A stretch of 64,000 nucleotides of DNA from Candidatus Latescibacterota bacterium. GTDB lineage: Bacteria > Latescibacterota > UBA2968 > UBA8231. Below the pieces are notes generated by a model. That model saw nothing but the letters and a program-made list of their open reading frames with translations, was not told the DNA's origin and ran no database searches. Below are positions 18,520 through 26,957 of this stretch, piece after piece (within the stretch, counting starts at the first letter, position 1; each line of letters begins with the position of its first letter). Made by a program: the position numbers and the translations under genes. The stretch lies in contig CBDETK010000013.1 of NCBI GenBank assembly GCA_965242865.1, forward strand, positions 5,120,001 to 5,184,000. The letters run 5' to 3'.

Positions 18520-18728
18520 ACGGCAATGGCTTCTTCCTTGACGAGATGCAGCCGGATGACTTGGGGCGCACAGCCCTCGTCGAAATGGCAGAGTACGGCG
18601 TCTTTCGCCATGGCCTTCAGCTCGGCCCAATCCCGGCCCTGCGTAAAAATGCTATGGCCCAACGCCTTGGCGTCATAGCCGCCTTCGGTCGCCTCGGTTA
18701 CTGCAAAAATAATTTCGCTTGATTTCAT
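18516..18728 (-). CDS. HicB-like antitoxin
   Basis: EIIF.V.E..EGGY.A.ALGHSIFTQG....EL.....DAV.CHF fold signature, coupled to the hicA stub. Confidence 0.75.
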   Translation of the reverse strand: MKSSEIIFAVTEATEGGYDAKALGHSIFTQGRDWAELKAMAKDAVLCHFDEGCAPQVIRLHLVKEEAIAV

Positions 18729-18819
18729 TATGGGGTCTCCAGTTGGTGAGTTTGGCTCAAGCCTGAACTTGATTTAGGGGTTCGCCTAAAAACCCTGAAC
18801 GAAGGCTGTATCCCGGTCG

Positions 18820-20694
18820 TCACGGGGTGCGGGCGTGTAGGAAGACCATGAGCGAAGAGAGATCGGCGGGTGAGACCCCGGAAATGCGCGACGCCTGTCC
18901 TAAGGTCTGCGGGCGAATCGCCGCCAGCTTTTGGCGCGCTTCGGTCGAAATGTTCAGGCCGGGAGCGGCGAAGTCGAAATCGGCCGGCAGGCGCAGGGCT
19001 TCGAGGCGCTTGAGCTTTTGCGCCTGGGCTTCTTGGCGCTTGATGTACCCGGCGTATTTGATCTCGGCTTCGACGTGTTCGGCCACGCCCGGGGCGAGCG
19101 GCTCGGCGGGCGGCGCAAATTCGCAGAGGTGGGCGTAGTTGAGCTGGGGGCGGCGCAGCAACTCGGCCAGCGAGGTTGATTCGGCGATGGGAGCAGTGCC
19201 CTGCCGCGCCAAGACCTCTCGCACCTTTTCGGTCGGTTTGACGCGCTCGTGCTGCAAGCGGGTGCGCTCGGCTTCGACCTGTTGCTGCTTGGTCTGGAAC
19301 CGACGCCACAGGTCGTCGCCGATCAACCCCAGCGCCCGGCCCTTGGCCATCAGCCGATCGTCGGCGTTGTCCTCGCGCAAGAGCAGGCGGTGCTCGGCGC
19401 GCGAGGTAAAGATGCGGTACGGCTCGAGCGTACCTTTGGTCACCAAGTCGTCAATGAGTACGCCGATGTAAGCATCCGCGCGCGTGAGGACCAGCGGGTC
19501 GTCGCCACGCGCCTTGAGCACGGCGTTGATGCCAGCCATAATCCCTTGGGCCGCGGCCTCTTCGTAGCCGGTGGTGCCATTGATCTGACCGGCAAAGAAG
19601 AGGTTGACCACGCGCTTGGTCTCTAGGTGCGGGTAGAGTTGGGTCGGCGGGGCGTAATCGTATTCGACCGCGTAGGCCGGGCGCATGATCTCGGCCCGTT
19701 CGAGCCCGGGCAGGGAGCGCACGATCTGGGGTTGCAGGGCCTCCGGCAGGCTCATCGACAGGCCGTTGAGATAAAACTCGAGGGTGCGACGCCCCTCGGG
19801 CTCGACGAACACTTGGTGCCGCTCCTTGTCGGCAAAGCGCGCAATTTTGTCCTCTATGGAAGGGCAGTAGCGCGGGCCAATGCCTTCGATGCGCCCGCTG
19901 TACATGGCCGATTGCGCCAAGTTGGCTTGGACGATCTCGTGGGTGTGGGCATTGGTGTACGTGATCCAGCAGGGCATTTGCGGCTGGGCGATCTTTTGCA
20001 CCGCGTAGGAAAAGGGGCGCGGGGGGGCATCCCCGGGCTGTTCGTCAAACGCGGCAAAGTCGAGCGTGCGGCCGTTGACGCGAGGAGGGGTGCCCGTTTT
20101 GAGCCGGCCGGTCTCAAAACCGAGCGCGACCAAGCCTTCGGCGGCCTTTTCAGCGGCGGTCTCGCCGGCGCGGCCCGCGCTGTAAGAAAAATCGCCGACG
20201 TGGATCTTGCCGCGCAGAAAGGTGCCGGTCGTGAGAATGACGGTGCGCCCGCGGTAGGCAATGCCGCCCTTGACGCCAACGCCTTGGACAGCTCCATCCT
20301 CGATCAGCAAGCTCTCCATCAGACCTTGGCGGATGTCGAGATGTGCTTGCTGTTCGCAGGTGTACTTCAGCTCAAATTGGTAATCCTTTTTGTCGGCTTG
20401 CGCCCGCGAGGCGCGCACGGCCGGCCCGCGCGAAGTGTTGAGGCGGCGGAATTGAATGCCGGTGCGGTCGATATTGACGGCCATCTGGCCGCCAAGCGCG
20501 TCAATTTCCTTGACGATGTGCCCCTTGCCGATTCCGCCGATAGCCGGGTTGCAGGACAGCTGGCCAATTGTGTCCAAGTTCATGGTCAAAAGCAGGGTCT
20601 CGGCCCCCATGCGCGCTGCGGCGAGCGCGGCCTCCGTGCCGGCGTGGCCCCCGCCGACGACGATGACTTGGTACGCTTTCTCGTAGCAAATCAC
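18820..20694 (-). CDS. mnmG: tRNA uridine-5-carboxymethylaminomethyl synthesis enzyme MnmG
   Basis: [58 protein letters not shown] start at 20694. Confidence 0.97.
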   Translation of the reverse strand: MICYEKAYQVIVVGGGHAGTEAALAAARMGAETLLLTMNLDTIGQLSCNPAIGGIGKGHIVKEIDALGGQMAVNIDRTGIQFRRLNTSRGPAVRASRAQADKKDYQFELKYTCEQQAHLDIRQGLMESLLIEDGAVQGVGVKGGIAYRGRTVILTTGTFLRGKIHVGDFSYSAGRAGETAAEKAAEGLVALGFETGRLKTGTPPRVNGRTLDFAAFDEQPGDAPPRPFSYAVQKIAQPQMPCWITYTNAHTHEIVQANLAQSAMYSGRIEGIGPRYCPSIEDKIARFADKERHQVFVEPEGRRTLEFYLNGLSMSLPEALQPQIVRSLPGLERAEIMRPAYAVEYDYAPPTQLYPHLETKRVVNLFFAGQINGTTGYEEAAAQGIMAGINAVLKARGDDPLVLTRADAYIGVLIDDLVTKGTLEPYRIFTSRAEHRLLLREDNADDRLMAKGRALGLIGDDLWRRFQTKQQQVEAERTRLQHERVKPTEKVREVLARQGTAPIAESTSLAELLRRPQLNYAHLCEFAPPAEPLAPGVAEHVEAEIKYAGYIKRQEAQAQKLKRLEALRLPADFDFAAPGLNISTEARQKLAAIRPQTLGQASRISGVSPADLSSLMVFLHARTP

Positions 20695-20972
20695 GATTGT
20701 TTGTACTCGGTGAGGACGCGGTCGCCTTCCTCTTGGGTTTCGCGCAAGATCGTTTGTAGCACGGCTTCGGGGTCGCCGGGGCGCTCTTGCTTGGCGGACC
20801 AGTGCCACTGGTCCAAGTAGGCGTCAGTGCCCACGAGCCCCTCCTGCATGGCGATGCGGTCGATTGCGAGTTGGAAGCGAGCGGGCAGGGCATGCGCGCT
20901 CGGCCGGCGGCCGACAAAGAGCTTGATTTGCGCGGGAATGTCGCGCCAGTAGAGGACTTGGTATTGAATCAC
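20691..20972 (-). CDS. 'Virulence factor' family small protein (PF13769-like)
   Basis: YWRDIPAQ...LP.RF..AID..AM..G..GTDAYL..W signature. GTGA overlaps with neighbours on both sides. Confidence 0.8.
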   Translation of the reverse strand: MIQYQVLYWRDIPAQIKLFVGRRPSAHALPARFQLAIDRIAMQEGLVGTDAYLDQWHWSAKQERPGDPEAVLQTILRETQEEGDRVLTEYKQS

Positions 20973-21958
20973 GAGACGAGTGCTTGGCGAAAGGCGCGGA
21001 TGTGGGCGGGCGTGGTGCCGCAGCAGCCGCCGATGATCTGGACGCCGGCCGCGGCCAAGGCTGGGATGTGCGCGGCCATTTCTTCGGGGCTTTGCGAGTA
21101 GATCGTGCGGAGGGCGCTGTTGAGCCGCGGCATGCCGGCGTTGGGATAGGTCATCAGCTTCTTGTCGAGGCCGCGCTCCTGCATGGCGGCCTTAAACTGG
21201 GCCACGCCGTGGAGGGCATACGGCATGCCGGTGTGCTCGTTGCGCCGGGTTTCGGCGCCGCAGTTGACCCCGACGAGGTGGATGTGGTCGAGCAGGTTGT
21301 CGCCCCCGGAGTATTGGCCCGAGGCGAGTGTGTCCAACAGGTCGGCGGCCGAGTGCCCCCAATCGGTGCGATAGACGATCTGCTTGCTTTTGCGGTCTCG
21401 CGTGTATTTGAGCGCGAGGTTGACGGCAATGGGCCGGCCGGTCTGGCGGGCGATGTCGCAGACCATGGCCGCTTCGACCGCGGAAAACTGGGTCTCAACC
21501 GAAAAAAAATCGACCCCGCCTTCGCAGAGTGCGTCGATGATGCGCTGATGCGCGGCGCGGACCTTGTCGTTGGCAATGCCGAAATCCGTGCTGCCCGCGT
21601 CGGCTTCAATGGCCCCGGGGGAGGGGCCGATGGAACCGGCGATGAAGACATCTCGCTCGCCTTGTTCCCGGGCGCGTTGGGCGAGCTCGGCCCCGCGCCG
21701 GGCCAGCGCACCGGCTTGAGCCGGGTCTTTGCCAGCCATGGCCAAGTGCAGCTCCGAGGCGACAAAGGTGTTGGTGCCAATGCAGTCGGCCCCCGCGGCA
21801 ATGTAGTCGGCGTGAATGGCGACGACGGCCTCTGGGTGGCTTTCGTTGGCGAGGGTGGAGTTGGTCAGTTCGACTTGGCGGGCGAAAAGCTCGGAGCCAA
21901 AGCCGCCGTCGTACAAGAGCGGACGCGGGTCGTTGAGGCGCTGGAGGAAAGGGGACAC
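20969..21958 (-). CDS. Homocysteine S-methyltransferase family protein
   Basis: LLYDGGFGSEL, GAD...TNTF, AGSIGP, GVNC, YPNAGMP, IGGCCGTTP.HI. GTG start at 21958. Confidence 0.92.
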   Translation of the reverse strand: MSPFLQRLNDPRPLLYDGGFGSELFARQVELTNSTLANESHPEAVVAIHADYIAAGADCIGTNTFVASELHLAMAGKDPAQAGALARRGAELAQRAREQGERDVFIAGSIGPSPGAIEADAGSTDFGIANDKVRAAHQRIIDALCEGGVDFFSVETQFSAVEAAMVCDIARQTGRPIAVNLALKYTRDRKSKQIVYRTDWGHSAADLLDTLASGQYSGGDNLLDHIHLVGVNCGAETRRNEHTGMPYALHGVAQFKAAMQERGLDKKLMTYPNAGMPRLNSALRTIYSQSPEEMAAHIPALAAAGVQIIGGCCGTTPAHIRAFRQALVS

Positions 21959-21974
21959 AGGGCTGGTCTCCGTT

Positions 21975-22880
21975 CTAGGACAGGGTGTCGGCGCGGGAGC
22001 CGCTGAACAGCCATTCGAGCAAGCGTGGGCCAAAGTCGGGGGCTAGGTGCGGTACGTGCGCCCCTTGCTCGATGGTCCACAGCTCAATGGTGGCGTGGTT
22101 GCGGCAACCCGTGCGGTAGCGGGTGCGGATCGTCTCGGGGCCGTCGAGATCTTGGTCGAGGTCGAGCGGGGGCAAGGTTTCTGGCTCGGTGAGGTTGCAG
22201 CGGGCGAGCGCGGCCCAGCGCAGCGCGACCTCTTCCGCGCCAGCGTACTCCTGCTCGCCGGTGCTCCCGTCGTAGGCTATGACCCGGTCGGCCGTGCCGT
22301 GGATTTGCAGCACCGAGACCGGGGATGCAAGGGCACAACGCGAGGGGTCGCTAAAGGAGGTGCCGGCGAGGCTGGCAATGGCGACGAGCTTGGGGATGCC
22401 TTCGCAGGCGAGCCGGTACGACATAAAGCCGCCGTTGGAGTGCCCGAGGACGAAGACGCGCTCTACGGCGATATGCGTGGCGGCCTCTTTGAGCAGCCCG
22501 GCAAGGTACTGCACGTCATCGACTTGGGTGTTGTGGAGGTCGCAGCAAAAGTCCGTGGCGTTCCAGAAGCGATGGCCATCGGGATCATGTGTGCCATTGG
22601 CCATAATGAGGGCAAAGCGATCGGCGTTCACCCGCTTTGAGAGGCCAAAATAGCGGTCGTGCTCGGCCAAATGGCTGGTGAAGCCGTGCAGGCTGAGGAC
22701 GAGCGGAATGGGCGTTTTGGGGTCGTGCTCGGCTGGGAGGACTAGGAGGGCCGGGCGTTCGCCGCCCAACGTGTGGACGAGGTTATTTTGGCTCAAATTG
22801 TCGATCAAATCGTTCAGGGGCATTTCGCCGCAAGCGACGAGTATCAGAGACGACAGAGTAGCAAAAATGATTTTTTTCAT
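21975..22880 (-). CDS. PHB depolymerase/LpqC-like esterase lipoprotein
   Basis: Lipobox LVAC, LHGF, WNATDFCC, GHSNGG nucleophile elbow, IHGTAD, GAH. Confidence 0.88.
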   Translation of the reverse strand: MKKIIFATLSSLILVACGEMPLNDLIDNLSQNNLVHTLGGERPALLVLPAEHDPKTPIPLVLSLHGFTSHLAEHDRYFGLSKRVNADRFALIMANGTHDPDGHRFWNATDFCCDLHNTQVDDVQYLAGLLKEAATHIAVERVFVLGHSNGGFMSYRLACEGIPKLVAIASLAGTSFSDPSRCALASPVSVLQIHGTADRVIAYDGSTGEQEYAGAEEVALRWAALARCNLTEPETLPPLDLDQDLDGPETIRTRYRTGCRNHATIELWTIEQGAHVPHLAPDFGPRLLEWLFSGSRADTLS

Positions 22881-22965
22881 TTTGGCCCTCCTTTTCGTTT
22901 TCGAGCTACAAATTGACGAAGACAAAGGCCCACACGTAGGCGGCGAGTTCGCCCGAAGATCGGTT

Positions 22966-23776
22966 TATTGACCTCTGCATTTTTAATGGAATAGTTTATC
23001 TTCATTTATATGCGACCTATATATGCGACCTAAAGGTAGTGCCGATCGGCTAGCATATCGCCATCCATGGGCGGCTCCGTTGCTTGATGCCGGTCGAGGC
23101 GTCAACGAAGTAGCTCGTCTGGTTCAAGCCGCTCCCTCCTCGGTGTCTCGCTGGAAGGCGATTGGTGGAGTGGCCGCGGAGTAAAAAAAGCCCGGCAAAA
23201 AGGGATGACCATCGTCTGGATCGATCCGAGCGGCTTCAGGCTGCAACCGACCCGTCGTAGGACGTGGGCATTGTCGGGGCACACGCCGGTACACAAGGCG
23301 TGGGGGTGCCCCGATCGCTTGTCGGTCCAAGCCGCCGTTACCTTGCCGCCAAAACGCCAGCGGTTGGGCGTTTATTTTCGGTTGTATGAGCAGAATATCC
23401 ATACGCAGGATGTGGTATCCTTTGTCGGTCATATGATGGGCATGATACGCCGATACGCCGTACGATCGGGCTCATTTTGGATCGGTGGAGTGTGCATCGT
23501 GCGGCGGTGGCGACCCGGCAAAAAAGATACGCGGATTGACCCACCATCGAAAGGTTACCCGCCTATGCACCCGAATTGAACCCGGTCGAACAGGTCTGGA
23601 ATCATACCAAGTATGGGGACTTGGCCAACTTCATCCCCGATCCCATCGAGCACCTAGCCGACGGGGTCATGCCGTCGATGACCGCCCAGCATCACGATAA
23701 CCACCTGATCCGAGGCTTCTTCAAGTACGCTCAACTACCCCTGTAACGTATTCCTTTATTTTTGCAGAACTCAATA
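22966..23776 (+). mobile_element. Degenerate IS630-family element
   Basis: Imperfect 28-bp inverted repeats TATTGACCTCTGCATTTTTAATGGAATA vs TATTGAGTTCTGCAAAAATAAAGGAATA. Fragmented transposase: MRPKGS from 23023, IDPSGF...RRTWA, LPAYAPELNPVEQVW in different frames. Confidence 0.85.
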
Positions 23777-23811
23777 AACCACTTTTTGTTTATCGGCATA
23801 CACCCTTCCCA

Positions 23812-23893
23812 AGCCGTCCCAAATGACGCCTCTATGCAAAAAAGACGGAGTCGATGAACATTCCATGCTTGCAAGTCATTTAGGACGGCTATA
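23812..23893. mobile_element. Putative IS630-type MITE / long inverted repeat
   Basis: AGCCGTCCCAAATGAC (23812-23827) pairs with GTCATTTAGGACGGCT (23875-23890), one mismatch. Right end finishes GCTATA like the IS630 ends at 603/1744. Confidence 0.55.
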
Positions 23894-23897
23894 CCAA

Positions 23898-26800
23898 TCA
23901 CAAATACCCCAACAACACCGTAAAATAAGATTTCCACCGCCCCCGATCGCGCACCTCGTCAATCCCATAGGCCACATCCACCTGCACCCGCGTCGGCACG
24001 CTGTAATAAGAAATCAAGTCAAAGCGCAACTGGCCCCCTACATCCCGCAGCGGGCCGGCGCGTCCATACCGCGCATTCCATTCGCCGATGTTTCGGTCCC
24101 AAGCCTTGCCCATGCTGGCGTACACCGCGCCATACACTTTGTCGAAATACAACTGGGCCACGCGCTTGCCCACATTCGGCAGCACGGGAAAGCGGAGCGT
24201 CGCCGTGCCCATCAACGCCTTGCGTCCCTCAATGCTGTAAAAAGTATAGCCCTTCATAAAGTTGAGCCCGCCGAGGCGGTAGTCGAAGAAATTGCCGACC
24301 CGGGTCGTGTCGTTCACCGCGTCGCTGTCGATCCAGCCCCCGTACAGCCGCAGGCCCAAGCGGGTATTGCCGGGCATGCCGATGTGCTCTTTCCAATCAA
24401 CTGTAAACTGATTGTAGAACAGCTTGAGGTACTCCTCGTCGATAAAGGACGCCTGCTCGTTAAAGCCGTCGATGAAGTAGTTGAACATCCGGTCGTAGCG
24501 CAGGTAAAGCTGGCGGCCCACCGGGCTTATATCGCGGTCCCGCCGCCGCGCAATCATTTCCATCCGATAGGTCAGCCCCAGCCCAAAGCCATTGAGATAG
24601 GTATAGCCAAAGGGCCGCTGGGCGGTGCGCTCAAACCCAACCTCGCCGTCGCCTTGGCACACGAGGCAGTCGCTCTCGACGCTGGCATTGTAGCGGTCGT
24701 ACGTGGCCGAGGCCGTCAGATCTCCATGGCGGCCCAATTTGCCGCGCACCCCCGCGCTGAACTGACTCAAGCTGTAGTTGACCGCGTTGACAATGATCGT
24801 CCGCGCATCCACGCTATCGCCGCGGGCATCGCGCCGACTCTGGTTGGACACCTCCAAAAAGAACGTGGGACGGAATCCCTTGAACTCGTATAGGGCGAAC
24901 AAATCGCGGTCGGCGTTGGCCGGCGCAATGGCCGCCCCGGCAAAGACGCTCTGGCGATTGAGCACATCGCCGGAGGCGAGGTACGCGCCCACCTTGAAAC
25001 GCCCCTCGTCGAACAACAGCCGCGGCAGGATCCCGGTCTTGAGAAAGTCAATGCCGTAATTTTGGGGCGCGCTCGGCAACGCGGGCGCGGGCGTATCGCG
25101 CCAATCCCGCGTCGCGTCGTCGGAAAACCACGCCTCCTCGGTCGCAACCAGCATCCCCTCCTCCTGCAACCGGCGAATCTCAAAGCCAGCCGCCGTATAA
25201 GCCGCAAAGACGAGCTCGCCCTCCGGACCGACCGCTGGGCTGAACGCGCCGCCAATGGTGTTGGTTAGCTGCCGTAGCGACCGCGTTGCCAAGTGGAGGG
25301 CATAGATATTGAAAATGCCGCTGAAATCCGACGCAAAGACGAGCTCTGTGCCGTCCGCGCTCCACGTGGGGTCGCGGTCCGTACCGGGCGTTGCAATCCC
25401 AACTCGTAGAGGTCCGTCCGCGTCCCATTCCATCACGGCGATGTCGCGCTGGCCCGCGCGCCCGATGGCAAACGCCAGCCTGCGTCCGTCGGGCGAAAAG
25501 CGCGGGGTGTAGAGTTGGGTGCCGTCGGCGAACTGGGTTAGATAGCGCAGGCCGGTGCCGTCGGCCCGCATCACGGCCAAGTTGTTGCTCGTGCCCTTGT
25601 TTTGCACAAAGGCGATCCACTCGCCGTCGGGCGAATAGGTCGGGTACAGGGCGCGCAGCCCGCGCGTCAGCCGCTTGATGCGCGGCGTCTCCGGGGCCGA
25701 GCCGCTGACCATGGCCGGGACCAACCACAGCATCCCGCGCCAAAAGCTAGGGCCGGCGGCCGCGGAATCCCACTCGTAGATATCCGCCTGCCGCGACCCG
25801 TATTTGTCGGCCCGGTCAATGCGCGAAAAGAGCAGCTTGCGCCCGTCCGGCGACCAATCCACGGTCGACGCCGCGGCCGGAAAGGCCGCGACTTCCTCCT
25901 CGCCGGTCGTTAGGTCGCGCACGACCAAGCCGTGGGGGCCATGGTGCCGCTTGCCCGTTGACAGGTACGCCAGCTTCTCGCCGTTGGGGGCCAGCCGTGG
26001 CCGCAGGTTGGAAAAGCCAACATCCGCGAGCGGTTCGCCCTCGCGCCGCGGCCCCAACGCCGCTACCTGCGCCCAATAGCCCTGCCGCAGCGACTCGATC
26101 CACTCGTCGTACAGCGCGTCCGCGCTCTTGCCCAAGACCTTTTTGCACGCCGCATCAATCGCGAGGGTGTGCCACTGAGCCGCGGCTCGGTACAGCGCGG
26201 CGATCTTTTCTTCGCCGTAGGTCTCGGCGATGTAGCGCACCAAGCCAAAGCCGTGATCGTACACGTATTCATTGCCAAAGCCCTGCTTGCCAAAGACGCC
26301 CATCTGCTCAAAGGATAGCTGCTCGTCGGCCAGCACCAAGGAGCGGAGCACCATGTCGCGGTTGGCATCCCAGCGGTCGTGCCCGGTCGTTGCAGTCCCG
26401 TACTGGGCCGCGCCCTCGGCCAGCCACATGGGCACCACCGTCCCCATCACGGGGTAGGAGGCAATCGCGTCTGGATAGCCGGTGAGAATGTCCTTGCGGT
26501 TTTTCTCCCGCTGGTAGCCAAAGTACTGCAAGTAAAGAGCGGGGACGCGCTGGACGCCTTTGCGGGCCGCGCCCAGCGAAACGATGTGGGCAAATTCGTG
26601 GGTTATGACGTTGCGCAGCCAATCCGAGCTGCCGCGCAAGTCAAAGTCGTGGTCGAGCGACGTGGTCCAAATCTCAATGGTGTCTTGATAAAAAAAAGCC
26701 GCGCCATTGGCGTAATCGTCGTGGTCCTTGAGCACGATCCGCACCCGCCCGCCGGGCGCGTACCCATACAGCTCGGTAATGGGCGCGTACGCGGCTTCGG

Positions 26801-26957
26801 CAATGCGCGCCGCCCGCGCCGCGGCCCCGGCCAACCCCTCGTGGTAGAAAACTCGGAAGTGCTCGGTCTCCACCACCAGCCACGCCAGTTCCGGGTGGTT
26901 TTGGCCCAGCGACGCGCTCGCCCAGCCGAGCACCAGCCACAACGCCCACCCCCTCAC
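23898..26957 (-). CDS. Outer-membrane protein: gluzincin (peptidase MA-like) + TolB/PD40 propeller + Omp85/BamA-like barrel
   Basis: Signal peptide, NHPEL.W..ETEHF, THEFAH...WLAEG, multiple WSPDG/FSPDG repeats, C-terminal amphipathic strands with LGG..MKGY. GTG start at 26957. Confidence 0.8.
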   Translation of the reverse strand: MRGWALWLVLGWASASLGQNHPELAWLVVETEHFRVFYHEGLAGAAARAARIAEAAYAPITELYGYAPGGRVRIVLKDHDDYANGAAFFYQDTIEIWTTSLDHDFDLRGSSDWLRNVITHEFAHIVSLGAARKGVQRVPALYLQYFGYQREKNRKDILTGYPDAIASYPVMGTVVPMWLAEGAAQYGTATTGHDRWDANRDMVLRSLVLADEQLSFEQMGVFGKQGFGNEYVYDHGFGLVRYIAETYGEEKIAALYRAAAQWHTLAIDAACKKVLGKSADALYDEWIESLRQGYWAQVAALGPRREGEPLADVGFSNLRPRLAPNGEKLAYLSTGKRHHGPHGLVVRDLTTGEEEVAAFPAAASTVDWSPDGRKLLFSRIDRADKYGSRQADIYEWDSAAAGPSFWRGMLWLVPAMVSGSAPETPRIKRLTRGLRALYPTYSPDGEWIAFVQNKGTSNNLAVMRADGTGLRYLTQFADGTQLYTPRFSPDGRRLAFAIGRAGQRDIAVMEWDADGPLRVGIATPGTDRDPTWSADGTELVFASDFSGIFNIYALHLATRSLRQLTNTIGGAFSPAVGPEGELVFAAYTAAGFEIRRLQEEGMLVATEEAWFSDDATRDWRDTPAPALPSAPQNYGIDFLKTGILPRLLFDEGRFKVGAYLASGDVLNRQSVFAGAAIAPANADRDLFALYEFKGFRPTFFLEVSNQSRRDARGDSVDARTIIVNAVNYSLSQFSAGVRGKLGRHGDLTASATYDRYNASVESDCLVCQGDGEVGFERTAQRPFGYTYLNGFGLGLTYRMEMIARRRDRDISPVGRQLYLRYDRMFNYFIDGFNEQASFIDEEYLKLFYNQFTVDWKEHIGMPGNTRLGLRLYGGWIDSDAVNDTTRVGNFFDYRLGGLNFMKGYTFYSIEGRKALMGTATLRFPVLPNVGKRVAQLYFDKVYGAVYASMGKAWDRNIGEWNARYGRAGPLRDVGGQLRFDLISYYSVPTRVQVDVAYGIDEVRDRGRWKSYFTVLLGYL

